Assembly: GCA_035506955.1 (NCBI GenBank)
Contig: DATJOO010000094.1
Span: 3,089-67,088 of the forward strand
Source of the DNA: Verrucomicrobiia bacterium
GTDB taxonomy: Bacteria > Acidobacteriota > Terriglobia > Acidiferrales > UBA7541
Reading direction: 5' to 3'
DNA: 64,000 nucleotides
The translations under genes were made by a program, and so were the position numbers. Under the pieces are notes generated by a model. The model was given only the letters and a program-made list of their open reading frames with translations, ran no database searches and was not told the origin of the DNA. This document shows positions 29,469-40,000 of this stretch, in pieces. Positions within the stretch are counted from its first letter, which is position 1. Each line of letters opens with the position of its first letter.

Positions 29469-30830
29469 ATGGCCGTCACCGCAAGCACGATCCCAGACAG
29501 CCCCGTCCGGCCGGACGAGCAGCTGAAACCGCTTTCTCAACAAAGCGTGACCGCTTTCTTGCCCGGACCAAAAATCGAAAATACGTCCCTTCTGTACACC
29601 AGCCTCTTCCTGGTGGGCTTTCTACTGCGCTTCGGCTTCATTCTTCTGGCACGTACCTACGTGGGCTCCGCGATCACCTCGCTGCCCTTTGGCGCAGAGG
29701 TCGGCCGGCTGGCCGCGCATATCGCAGCGGGAGTTGGGTTCCACTCGCCCTTCCACGACGTGGATACGGGACCGAGCGCGTGGGTAGCGCCGGTATATCC
29801 CTATCTCGTCGCTGCAGCGTTTCGCCTGTTTGGCAGCTATTCCGCAGCATCGGCGCTGATTCTGCTGGGCCTGCAATGCGCCATAGCTGCCGCGACCGGT
29901 GTCGTGATCTACAAACTGGGAACGCGAACATTGGGAGAGCGCGTCGCATTTTGGGCCGCGGTCATCTGGACATGCAGCCCGATCTTCTTTCGCTGGCCCA
30001 CTTCGCTGATTTGGGATTTCTCCGCAAGCGCCTTTCTTCTGGCTCTGACTTTCCTTATGACGCTCGACACCGGCAAGAAGGGCACGTTAAGTCAATGGTT
30101 GGGGCTCGGCGCGATTTGGGGCCTGATCGCTCTGACCAATCCGGCTTTGCTTGCGCTATTTCCGTTCAGTCTGCTGCACGCCTCTTGGGAGAACTACAAA
30201 GCCGCCCGGCGTTACTTTCGTCGCCTGTCCTATGCGGTCATCCTTTTCGGCGCCCTGGTTTCTCCCTGGCTCATTCGCAATTACCTGGTCTTCCATCGCC
30301 CGGTGTTCTTACGAGACAACTATTGGTTCGAGTTTTCCATGGGCAATTATCACTACAGCAATGGCATGGGCTGGTCTGGCAAACATCCCGACGTGAATCC
30401 GCTTTATCTCCACCAGGTTGCCCAGTTGGGCGAACTCGGCTTCATCGATTATCACAAAAAAGAGGCACTCGACTTTGTTCGCAGATACCCGCGCGAGTTT
30501 GCCGATTTGACCCTACATCGCTTCTGGTGGTTCTGGGATGGCACCACGATTATTTATCAGGCCAACGACTGGTGGCAGCCGTGGAAATATTGGCCCTTGT
30601 CCGCGATGGGTTGGCTCGGTCTGTTTTTTGCTCTGACGCGGCGGCCTCGCGGTTGGGTACTCTACGGCGCAGCTCTGCTCGTGTATCCGCTGCCGTATTA
30701 TCTGGCCTATCCACACCACAGATATCGCCACGCCATCGAGCCGGAACTGCTGCTCCTCAGTGTGTATCTTGCCTCCGTTCTTTGGGGCGAGGTGGCCCGG
30801 ATTTTCGCTCCAAAACAACTGCAACCATAA
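29469..30830 (+). CDS. GT-C fold membrane glycosyltransferase (ArnT/PMT, GT39-like)
   Basis: polytopic membrane protein; GPSAWVAPVYPYL, PWLIRNY, HRYRHAIEP patterns typical of ArnT-like proteins; start uncertain (29406 or 29469). Confidence 0.75.
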   Translation: MAVTASTIPDSPVRPDEQLKPLSQQSVTAFLPGPKIENTSLLYTSLFLVGFLLRFGFILLARTYVGSAITSLPFGAEVGRLAAHIAAGVGFHSPFHDVDTGPSAWVAPVYPYLVAAAFRLFGSYSAASALILLGLQCAIAAATGVVIYKLGTRTLGERVAFWAAVIWTCSPIFFRWPTSLIWDFSASAFLLALTFLMTLDTGKKGTLSQWLGLGAIWGLIALTNPALLALFPFSLLHASWENYKAARRYFRRLSYAVILFGALVSPWLIRNYLVFHRPVFLRDNYWFEFSMGNYHYSNGMGWSGKHPDVNPLYLHQVAQLGELGFIDYHKKEALDFVRRYPREFADLTLHRFWWFWDGTTIIYQANDWWQPWKYWPLSAMGWLGLFFALTRRPRGWVLYGAALLVYPLPYYLAYPHHRYRHAIEPELLLLSVYLASVLWGEVARIFAPKQLQP

Positions 30831-30906
30831 GACGCAAACTACCGGCATTGCGCCTACCGGCCAACGGAACACGTCGGCGTTGCGTTTTGAGAAAGTTCGT
30901 GTGTCC

Positions 30907-32313
30907 ATGAGAACTGTTTTGGTTGTCGATGATGAACCAGCGGCCCGGTACGGACTGAAGCGCGCTCTAGAGGGCCGCTATCGTGTAGTGGAGGCGGAAT
31001 CGGCCGCAGCGGCGAGAGCCACTTTGGCTTCCGACGCGCCGGACCTGTTGCTGCTGGATGTGGTCATGCCAGGCGAAGACGGCTTGGCTTTCCTGAAATG
31101 GCTACGCAGTGAAGGCAACCAGTTGCCGGTGTTAATGATCTCGGCGCTCGACACCGCGAAGCCAGCCGTCGAGGCCTTGCAGTACGGCGCTGCGGATTAT
31201 TTGGTGAAAGGCTTCGATCTCGAAGAACTGCGCACGCGCGTAGCCAATCTGCTGAAGCTCGCCACGCTCGAGCAAGAGAACGATTCTCTCCGCCGCCGTT
31301 TGGCCGGAGAAGGACAATTTGGGCAGATGATCGGGCGTTCGGTAGCCATGCGAAAAGCATTCGAAATCGCGGATCGGGTCGCCTCCACCGATTCCACCGT
31401 CCTAATCCTTGGCGAAAGTGGCACAGGCAAAGACCTGCTGGCGCAAGAGATTCACGCACGTTCGCAACGCCAAGGGAAGCCGTACGTTGCGGTGAATTGC
31501 GCGGCGTTGCCCGAAACTCTCATCGAGTCGGAACTCTTCGGCTACGAACGGGGCGCATTCACCGGTGCGGCTCAGCAGAAAAAGGGACGCTTCGAACAAG
31601 CCCACGGCGGAACGCTATTCCTCGACGAGATTGGCGACATGAATCCAGTCACGCAATCGAAGGTATTGCGCGCCCTGGAGAATCGCACCATTGAACGCCT
31701 GGGTGGCACGCAGTCCATACCCGTGGACGTTCGGGTGATTAGTGCCACGCACCGCAATCTGCTGTTGGCCATCCGCGACGGGAAATTCCGCGAAGATTTG
31801 TTCTATCGACTGCGCGTAGTGACCATCGAATTACCCGCACTGCGCACCCACAAAGAAGATATTGCCGCTCTGGCCCAAGCCTTTGTGCAGATTCATGCCT
31901 CTCGATTAGGGCGCGGCGGCCGGCTGACGAAAGAAGCGCTCGCCATTCTGGAACGTTATGACTGGCCGGGCAACGTCCGCGAACTGAAGAACGCCATCGA
32001 GCGCGCCATGGTGCTCTGCCGCAACGACGAAATCGGCCTGAACGACCTGCCCGAAGAAGTGGTGAAGGGCTCGCCCGTTCTCCCCAAGAGTGGCGAAGAT
32101 GGCGCTGACCTCGGGCTCGGCGAATCCGATTTTCGCGAAGCCAAACGTAAATTTGAAGTGGCCTATCTGCGGCGTCAATTGGCCTCCCATCGCTGGAACA
32201 TTTCCCGCACCGCCGCGACCATTGGACTGCATCGACAAAGTCTGCAGGAGCGCTTGCGCGAACTGGGTATCCGCCGCCCGGGTCAGGAAATCGCCGAGGA
32301 GGACGACGAGTGA
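30907..32313 (+). CDS. sigma54-dependent response regulator (NtrC family)
   Basis: receiver VVDDE...LLLDVVMPG, GESGTGKD, ESELFGYERGAFTGA, WPGNVREL, Fis-type HTH. Confidence 0.96.
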   Translation: MRTVLVVDDEPAARYGLKRALEGRYRVVEAESAAAARATLASDAPDLLLLDVVMPGEDGLAFLKWLRSEGNQLPVLMISALDTAKPAVEALQYGAADYLVKGFDLEELRTRVANLLKLATLEQENDSLRRRLAGEGQFGQMIGRSVAMRKAFEIADRVASTDSTVLILGESGTGKDLLAQEIHARSQRQGKPYVAVNCAALPETLIESELFGYERGAFTGAAQQKKGRFEQAHGGTLFLDEIGDMNPVTQSKVLRALENRTIERLGGTQSIPVDVRVISATHRNLLLAIRDGKFREDLFYRLRVVTIELPALRTHKEDIAALAQAFVQIHASRLGRGGRLTKEALAILERYDWPGNVRELKNAIERAMVLCRNDEIGLNDLPEEVVKGSPVLPKSGEDGADLGLGESDFREAKRKFEVAYLRRQLASHRWNISRTAATIGLHRQSLQERLRELGIRRPGQEIAEEDDE

Positions 32314-32948
32314 TTTTTCACGGCTTCGTACAAGCTGGCGGCCGCAGCACGCGTTTCGGCGAGGATAAAGCCTTAGTAAAATTGGAGAACAAAACCATGC
32401 TCGATCGCGGCGGCGAACTGCTCGCGAGCGTGTGTAACGACGTAACCATTGTCACTGGACCCGGGCGCTACAACCAGTCACGCTGGCCCGTGCTGGTAGA
32501 TCGCTGGCCTCACGAAGGGCCGCTCGGTGGCATTCTCACTGCTCTGCATTCTATGGAGCGAGTGGTTGAGTCGAATCAAGATAAACCGGACAATTCTTGC
32601 CCGTTCGCACTCATCGTGAGTTGCGATATGCCGTTTCTGACCGCGGAGTTTTTGCGTTTTCTCACAGATCGTGCCCGGCATAGCGCGGCACAACTGATTG
32701 TTCCTCAACGCTCCAATCGGCTCGAACCCTTGTGCGCCTGCTGGTGCGCTGCTTGCCTCCCAGTCGTTCAGGCAACATTTGACTCTGGCATTCGTAAAGT
32801 GTCCGCGGCCATGAAACAGTTGCCTATGGAAGTGCTTGACGAGTCGGCTTGGAAACGATTTGATAGCCATGGTCGGTTGTTTCAGAACATGAATACTCCC
32901 GAAGATTACGCGGAGGCGCGCCGCTTCTTCGAGATAGAGAGTCGATGA
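32310..32948 (+). CDS. mobA: molybdenum cofactor guanylyltransferase
   Basis: QAGGRSTRFGEDKAL, EGPLGGILTAL, VSCDMPF, NMNTPEDY. Confidence 0.9.
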   Translation: MIFHGFVQAGGRSTRFGEDKALVKLENKTMLDRGGELLASVCNDVTIVTGPGRYNQSRWPVLVDRWPHEGPLGGILTALHSMERVVESNQDKPDNSCPFALIVSCDMPFLTAEFLRFLTDRARHSAAQLIVPQRSNRLEPLCACWCAACLPVVQATFDSGIRKVSAAMKQLPMEVLDESAWKRFDSHGRLFQNMNTPEDYAEARRFFEIESR

Positions 32949-33766
32949 GCGAAGAACTGCACCAGGCCGGACTAACCTCCGCGGCCAAATCCACACAAAA
33001 TGGATCGCAATATTACTTTGAATTTCGCGGCGTAACCAAAGCGTTCGACGAGCGCGTGGTGCTCAACGATGTCAGCTTCAAAGTGAAGCGTGCGGAAACC
33101 TGCGTCATCATGGGACGCAGCGGCGTAGGGAAATCGGTGTCGTTAAAAACCATTATGGGTTTTCTCCATGCGGATTCCGGTCGCGTGTTCATCGACGGAA
33201 CCGATGTCACGGACTTCAGCGAGCGCCAGTTTGAAGAGATGCGACGCAAGGTCACCATGGTTTTCCAATCCGGAGCGCTGTTTGATTCGCTGACCGTCGC
33301 GGAGAACATTGCGTTTCCCCTCGAAGGCCAGCCGGGCTTGACCGATGACGATATTGCCGCATACGTCTTGAAGTTGGCAAAAATGCTGGAAGTGGACGAG
33401 GTCCTCGACAAAATTCCCGCGGAGCTTTCCACCGGGATGAAACGCGCCGTGGCCATCGGCCGGGCATTGGCCCAAAATCCCGAGGCCATTCTTTATGATG
33501 AGCCTACCACCATGGTCGATCCCATCATGGCCGGACACATGGGCGATTTGATTTCCAGGTTGCAAGAAGCATTTCATAAAACCTCGATCGTGGTCACGCA
33601 CGATACCCACTTGGCCAGGCGTCTGGCGGACAGCATTGTCTTTCTGCAGGACGGCCGAGCTCAAGTGTTCGGCTCCTGGCGGGAATTCGAAAGTTCTCCG
33701 GACCCGTTTCTCCAGGATTTTCTGTTGCAGGACAAACTCATTCCCGCTCTGGACGTGACTCTGTGA
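32945..33766 (+). CDS. ABC transporter ATP-binding protein (MlaF/Mkl-like)
   Basis: Walker A GRSGVGKS, VFQSGALFDSLTVAENIAFPL, LSTGMKR signature, ILYDEPT, VTHD. Confidence 0.9.
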   Translation: MSEELHQAGLTSAAKSTQNGSQYYFEFRGVTKAFDERVVLNDVSFKVKRAETCVIMGRSGVGKSVSLKTIMGFLHADSGRVFIDGTDVTDFSERQFEEMRRKVTMVFQSGALFDSLTVAENIAFPLEGQPGLTDDDIAAYVLKLAKMLEVDEVLDKIPAELSTGMKRAVAIGRALAQNPEAILYDEPTTMVDPIMAGHMGDLISRLQEAFHKTSIVVTHDTHLARRLADSIVFLQDGRAQVFGSWREFESSPDPFLQDFLLQDKLIPALDVTL

Positions 33767-35202
33767 CGACTTCCACTGTGGCCCCGATGGATGCCAAGGC
33801 GCAGCTCCGCAAGACCATGGGCTTTTGGGATGTCCTGTTGTTCAACATTGCCACTGTGCTCGGTCCGCGATGGATCGCCGCCGCCGGGCACAACGGCACT
33901 TCTTCAATCAGTTTGTGGGTGATTGCCGCCTTGTTCTTTTTTGTGCCCGGCGCCTTCGTGATCAACGAATTGTCATCGCGCTTTCCGGATGAAGGTGGAC
34001 TTTACGTTTGGGCCAAGGAAGCCTTTGGAGACTTCCACGGGTTCGTGGCTGGCTGGACGTATTGGATCTACACCGTTTTCTACTTTCCCGGCCTGCTTCT
34101 GGCCAGTGCGTCCATGAGCGCCTACGTCTTCGGTGCCAAAGGAACGGCGTTGTCGCAAGATCGCAGTTTCTTGTTATGGGTTTCGCTGGGGCTGCTATTC
34201 ATCGCGGTCTTGCTGAATATCATTGGCCTCAACATCGGCAAATGGCTTCAGAATGCCGGCGGCGTGGCGACCTATGCGCCGTTGTTGATGCTCGGCGGTA
34301 TCGCGGCTCTCGTGTATTTCAAGCAGGGCCCGGCAACACATTTCACCTGGGCGAACATGCGCCCCACTTGGAACTGGGACACCGTGAATTTCTGGTCGCA
34401 AATCGCCTTTGCTTTCACCGGACTCGAACTGGTTTCTGCGATGAGCGAAGAAGTTCGCGACCCTCGCCGCACCTTGCCTCGCGCAGTATTCGGGGCTGGA
34501 GCGCTGATCGCCATTGCCTACATCCTGGGCACCTTCGCGGTGCTTTCTCTCGCCCCGGCTGGGGATATTGATCCGCAAAGTGGTGTCTTTCACGCCATCA
34601 CCATTGGCTCGGTGGCCCTGAAGCTGGGTTTTCTGGGGATCTTGGCGGCCATGCTCGTTTCGGTCGGCAACGCCGGCGGTGTCGGCAGCACCGTGGCCGG
34701 CATTGCGCGCGTTCCCTTTGTAGTGGGCATCGACCGCTATCTGCCCTCGTTTTTCGGCAAAATTCATTCCCGCTGGAAAACGCCCTATGTTTCGATCCTG
34801 GTGCAGGCCGGCCTCTCCGGCGCGATTTTATTGCTCAGCCAGATCCGCAGCGAAACCGTGCAGGCCGCCTATCAAATCCTGATCGATGCGGCCATCATCC
34901 TTTACTTCATTCCGTTCCTCTATATGTTCGCGGCCGTGCTGAAGCTTTCGACGCGCAAAGATCGCACCGCGAATCCGCACAACGTGCTCATTCCGGGGGG
35001 CAAGTTGGGCTTGTGGCTCAGCGGCGTGTTGGGATTTGTGGTGGTGTTGATCGGTATCTTCGTTTCCCTCGTGCCGCCAGGCGAAACCTTGAACAAATTC
35101 AGCTTTGAAGCCCGCCTGGTAGGCGGCACCGCGGGCTCCATTTTGATTGGTTTGTTTCTCTACTGGCGAGGTGCGCGATCCAAAGCCAGTGAGATAAAAT
35201 AG
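33763..35202 (+). CDS. APC family amino acid/polyamine permease
   Basis: 12 TM helices; FAFTGLEL, EEVRDPRRTLPRA, KIHSRWKTPY. Confidence 0.92.
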   Translation: MTTSTVAPMDAKAQLRKTMGFWDVLLFNIATVLGPRWIAAAGHNGTSSISLWVIAALFFFVPGAFVINELSSRFPDEGGLYVWAKEAFGDFHGFVAGWTYWIYTVFYFPGLLLASASMSAYVFGAKGTALSQDRSFLLWVSLGLLFIAVLLNIIGLNIGKWLQNAGGVATYAPLLMLGGIAALVYFKQGPATHFTWANMRPTWNWDTVNFWSQIAFAFTGLELVSAMSEEVRDPRRTLPRAVFGAGALIAIAYILGTFAVLSLAPAGDIDPQSGVFHAITIGSVALKLGFLGILAAMLVSVGNAGGVGSTVAGIARVPFVVGIDRYLPSFFGKIHSRWKTPYVSILVQAGLSGAILLLSQIRSETVQAAYQILIDAAIILYFIPFLYMFAAVLKLSTRKDRTANPHNVLIPGGKLGLWLSGVLGFVVVLIGIFVSLVPPGETLNKFSFEARLVGGTAGSILIGLFLYWRGARSKASEIK

Positions 35203-35232
35203 CTTTTCGCCTTTTCGCTCCAGATTGGTTGA

Positions 35233-35622
35233 GTGATGCTTGTTCGCAGATTGGCTTTGGTCTTGTGCCTCTTGTTCTGTTGGACTGCCTCGGCGCAAAC
35301 AGTAGCTCCAAAATCCGAAACGCTGAAAGGCTGGATCAGCGATGAGCAATGTGCCCGCTCGCAAGCCAGGCAGGGCGTCTACAAAGGGACGAATCCCGAT
35401 TGCGTTCGCGATTGTGTGGCACGCGGAAAGAAAGTCGTTCTCATTGATCCCACGGGGAAACGCATTTTAGTCATTGCCAATCCGGATGCGGCCATGACCA
35501 ACCTGGGTGATTATGTGGAAATCAAGGGCGCGGTTAACGCCGAAGCCGGCACCCTGCAGATTGATTCCATTCAGTTGCTAAAAAAGGGCAAATCGTCAAA
35601 TAAGAGCGGTTCAGGCGATTAA
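35233..35622 (+). CDS. small exported protein with C-x16-C-x3-C motif (OB-fold-like)
   Basis: signal peptide; LKGWISDEQCA...DCVRDCVARG, then a beta-rich C-terminus. Confidence 0.7.
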   Translation: MMLVRRLALVLCLLFCWTASAQTVAPKSETLKGWISDEQCARSQARQGVYKGTNPDCVRDCVARGKKVVLIDPTGKRILVIANPDAAMTNLGDYVEIKGAVNAEAGTLQIDSIQLLKKGKSSNKSGSGD

Positions 35623-35625
35623 GTC

Positions 35626-36273
35626 TTAAAACCCCTGGCTTACAAGTTCCTTGATCGAAAGCTGGCTTGCTGGCTTGGCGCCGCTTCGCGCCTCCAGATA
35701 ACGTTCGACGTATTTTCCCAGGACATCCCCTTCCAGATTGACGGCATCGCCGATCTTTTTGCCCTGAATGTTCGTGTGCTCATACGTGAAGGGGATAATG
35801 GCGATTTCCGCCACGCGCCCATTCCAGCGCGCCACCGTCAGGCTGATTCCATCGATGGCCACGGAGCCTTGTGGCACGATGTACCTCGCAAAACCTTCCG
35901 GCACCTCCACGCCATACCACCAATTTTCCCCCTCGGGCTCGAGCCGCGTGACGTGACCGACGGTATCCACGTGCCCCAGCACAAAGTGCCCACCGAATTC
36001 CTTGGCCGCCGTCATCGGCTGCTCAAGATTGACGCGTGTACCGGTGTGCCATTGGCCGATCGAAGTTTTCCGCAGGGTTTCCGTGGAAAGATCGGCGGAG
36101 AAATGCTCGCCCTCCAACTGAACCACAGTCAAGCAGCAGCCATCCACAGCGATGCTGTTGGCAATCGCAAGGTGCGGCGCAACCGTGGGAGCGTGGATCG
36201 TCAGGCGTCCCCCCTCGGGGTGAACCTGCAAAGAACGCACTGTACCAATATGCTCGATGATGCCAGTAAACAT
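35626..36273 (-). CDS. ribE: riboflavin synthase (alpha chain)
   Basis: MFTGII N-terminus, SIAVDGCCLTV, GGHFVLGHVD, GSVAIDGISLTV, VNLEGD. Confidence 0.98.
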   Translation of the reverse strand: MFTGIIEHIGTVRSLQVHPEGGRLTIHAPTVAPHLAIANSIAVDGCCLTVVQLEGEHFSADLSTETLRKTSIGQWHTGTRVNLEQPMTAAKEFGGHFVLGHVDTVGHVTRLEPEGENWWYGVEVPEGFARYIVPQGSVAIDGISLTVARWNGRVAEIAIIPFTYEHTNIQGKKIGDAVNLEGDVLGKYVERYLEARSGAKPASQLSIKELVSQGF

Positions 36274-36391
36274 AGAAGCCTCGCCTCCGCCACTGGTTCT
36301 GCCTATAAGTTACAACGTATCCGTCAAAACTCCCATCGCACCCCCCCAACGTGAGCGTGGCCCTTGACGAGCACCATTACCGGGAGCGAAG

Positions 36392-36655
36392 ATGTGGGCA
36401 GACCACGCTCCTGGTCGGAGGTGGTTTGTGTTCGAACCAAAGCTGACCAACCCCCATCCGGAAGAAGCAAAAACGTATCCGCAGAAAGTCCACTGCTCCG
36501 TTTACAACCGGGATGCCGCCGTTATCGTCGCCAACTGGTCGATGAGTGAAGAAGGCTGGGGCGGCTGGCGTGTAATTGATTGCTCGCTCTTACCGCCGGG
36601 CGCAGTGCACTGCGGGATGGATTGCCTGTCTCAGGCGAAACTCAAGGAAGAGTAG
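36392..36655 (+). CDS. small cytoplasmic 4-Cys protein, paralog 1 (unknown family)
   Basis: 87 aa, GGGAG RBS; VHCSVYNRDAAV...WRVIDCSLLPPGAVHCGMDCL; homologous to the next ORF. Confidence 0.75.
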   Translation: MWADHAPGRRWFVFEPKLTNPHPEEAKTYPQKVHCSVYNRDAAVIVANWSMSEEGWGGWRVIDCSLLPPGAVHCGMDCLSQAKLKEE

Positions 36656-36780
36656 TAGCGGCCTGGAATCGAGGGCCCTCCGGAAGCGACGGGAATTTCT
36701 GTGTTTACGCTGGCATCTGCGCACAGGTGAAAGCGCGAACAGAATCTGGCCTGCAGTACACTCTTTCGACGGAGGAAGGA

Positions 36781-36999
36781 ATGAACGATCCGGAAATTCT
36801 CGACCGCATCCTGCAGAATTGCAGTTTCCGCTTTCGCGACGTGATCTGTCCGAACAAGGACAAAGTCGCGCATATCGCCGCGATCAAAATTCAAGGGGAA
36901 GATGTGGACTGGTCGATCGCGGAGTGTTCCTTGCTCCCGAATGGCGAAGTGAAATGCGCCATGAGCTGCTTATTGCCTCCGTTTGGCTTCGAAGAATAA
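36781..36999 (+). CDS. small cytoplasmic Cys-rich protein, paralog 2 (unknown family)
   Basis: 72 aa, GGAGGAAGGA RBS directly before ATG; VICPNKDKVAHI...WSIAECSLLPNGEVKCAMSCL. Confidence 0.8.
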   Translation: MNDPEILDRILQNCSFRFRDVICPNKDKVAHIAAIKIQGEDVDWSIAECSLLPNGEVKCAMSCLLPPFGFEE

Positions 37000-37010
37000 C
37001 TTTCGCTCCG

Positions 37011-40000
37011 CTATTGCGCCACTGTGGTGCTGCCCGCTCGTGCTATCTCCCGCAATTTGCGCAGGTCCAGTTTCCCCGTTCCCAGGTACGGTAGCTTATC
37101 CACAAAAAAGAATTGATCGGGTCGCGGTTTCCACAGCGCCGGCAAATCCGTCTTCGCCAGTTTCTCCACCAAATTCTTCAGCGCATCTTCTTTCAACGTA
37201 TGGATCACCGCCAACCGTTCTCCTTTTTTCTCGTCCGGAATCGCGGTGACTGCCAGCACTTGGTGCTCCGCTCCCAGCAACTCCAGTAGTTTTTCCTCCA
37301 CCCGGATGTGCGGCACCATTTCCCCGCCAATCTTGCTGAAGCGGCTCAGGCGATCGGTGATGCGCAGAAAGCCGTCTTCATCTACAGCGGCGATGTCTCC
37401 GGTGTTGTACCAGCCGTCCTTCAGCACTTCCTCGGTTTTCGCTGGCTGATTCAAGTAGCCGACCATAACATTCGGCCCGTTCACCAGCAGCAGGCCCGGC
37501 TTATCGGGCGGCAACGATTCGCCCGATTCCGGATCGATGATTTGTATCGCGATGCCGGGGAGGGGATGACCGATGGTGCCGCGCTTCGCTCCTACCTGCC
37601 GGAAGTAGGCGGCGCGAAAATCGTAGGTATTCACCGCCACTACCGGCGAACATTCGGTGCAGCCGTAGCCTTCCAGCGGACGTATGCCGAAGTGGTCTTC
37701 GAAACCGGCCGCGATGCGTTCCGGTAGCTTTTCCGCTCCCGCCATAACGATGCGCAGGCTGCCGAATCCTTCCGCGGGAATGCGCCGCGCGTAGGTGTTC
37801 AGAAACGTTGGCGTGGAAAGCAGCATGGTGACGGAATATTTGCTGACCAATGCGCCGATGGCCTGGGCATCCAGCGGACTCACATGAAAGACTACGCCCA
37901 TCCCCGCAAGCGGCGGCAGGCAAAGCGTTCCGGTGAAACCAAAGGAATGGAAGAACGGCAGAATGCCCAGGATGCGGTCATTCGCATTGAGATGAAATAC
38001 TTGTTCGAGTTGCTCCACATTCGACGCAAGATTGAAATGCGAAAGCACCACCCCTTTTGGGTCCCCCGTAGAACCGCTGGAGAAAATCACGGTGGCGGTG
38101 TCGTCGAGCGCGGGCGGTTTGCGTACGCCGAGGAACCATTCCAGTAACCGCGCCGGCAGCAATTTCGCCGCAAGCAGCGCCGCAATCTTCTCCGCGAACT
38201 TGGGATTGAGTGCCAGGTCTTCCGCGTAGATCACTTCGCCAGGCGGCTGGATGGGCACCTTTTCTAGAAATTGCCGCGAGGTGACCACCGTTTTCAGTTC
38301 GCACTGCCGCGCACACGAAGCAATCGCTTCATTCGACGACGTGTAGTTCAGATTGATGGGCACTTTGCCGAGCAGCAGCGCGGCCCAGTTCACCAACGCA
38401 CCGGGAATCGAGGGAGGGAGAAGGACGCCGACCATTTTCTGGTGTCCCCAAAGTGGCCGCAGGCGCCGCGCCAGAAACACCGCCTTAATCAACGAATCGC
38501 CAAACGTCAGTTTCGCCGTGCGTCCATCGGCCATCGCAAATCGCCGTGGATGCCGTCGGGCCGCCTGCATGAACGAGCGCGTCAGCGGCTTCATATAGCG
38601 CCGCCGCCGTTGGAATGCGTCGACGCTTAGATCCTGCACAGCGCGACGAACCTCCGGCGCGGAGGCCGTGGATGGCAGCGGCTTTCCGAACGTGATGCGC
38701 ACGGGGTAGGGAATCGCGCGGGGCCACTTCCATAGGAAATGCCCGCCGGAAAAGCTGAAAATCGAGCCCCAGATGCCGTCGATGTTCACCGGAATAATCG
38801 GCACATCGATGCCTTTAACGATCCGTTCGAACCCTCGGCGGAACGGCAGCATCTGGCCGATGCGCGTAATTTCGCCCTCGGGGAAAATACAAACCACTTC
38901 GCCATTGCGCAAAGCTTCCGACGCTTCCCGCAAGGAATGAATCATCTCGCGCGGTCCCTGATCGGATGCGATGGGAATGATCTTGAGCATTTTGGCGAAG
39001 GGCTTGATAGCCGGGTTGTCGTAAACGCCCTTGAACATCAGGAAGCGAATGGGCCGGTCTGTAGCGGCGATCAGCAAAACCGCATCAACCCAGGAAGTGT
39101 GGTTCGGGGTCAACAACGCGCCGCCGCGTGCGGGAATATACTCTTGACCCTTCAAGTCCAGCCGATACAGTGTGTGCGCAGCGATCCACAGCAACAAGCG
39201 CAATAACGAATCGGGCAGCAGCCACAGAACATACGCGAGCGCGGCCAGCGTTCCCGCCGAGGCCCAGAAGAAAATGCCAATGGGCCCAAGGTGTAGAAAA
39301 TGTTTGCAAATGTAATAGACAACCGACGCGCCCAAAATTCCGACGAAAGACAGCAGGTTGGCGCTCGCCAGCACTCCCCCGCGATGCTGCTCTTCGGGCC
39401 GATGTTGCAGCAACGCGCTGATCGGCACGATAAAAAAACCGCCAAAGAATCCCAGTGCGGCCAGAAGCGTCAGCACCGTGCCGAACGATAAACCAGGGAC
39501 CGCGAGCAGAAATCCGAATACGGTTATACCGGTCGCGCCCAGCGGGATCAGGCCATATTCAATTTTCCCGCCCGACAGATAGCCCGCCGCCAAACTGCCC
39601 ACGCCAATGCCAATCGCAATGGCCGCTTGCAGCAGGCTGCCTCGCGAAGAGGCCACGTGCAGCACATCGCGGCCGTAGAAGACAATGTCGAATTGCAACA
39701 GCGCCCCAAGAAAAAAGAAGTACGTGTTGCCGACGACCGCGAGCCACAATACGCGATCCTGCCGGATGCGTGTGCCATTGGCCCACAAATCGCCAAGAAA
39801 ATTGATTTGGAATTTCTTCGAAGGATTGGCGGCGGGAACCTTCGTGATCGCCAGGCTAGTGCAGAAGCCTACGAGCGTGCATCCCAGGAAAAACACGCCG
39901 GAATAGACCTGCTGACTGCCGAACCAGCCGGGAAGCTGTCCTGCGACCACCGTTCCTACGATCGCTGCCAGAAACGTGCCCAATTCGATGATGCCGTTTC

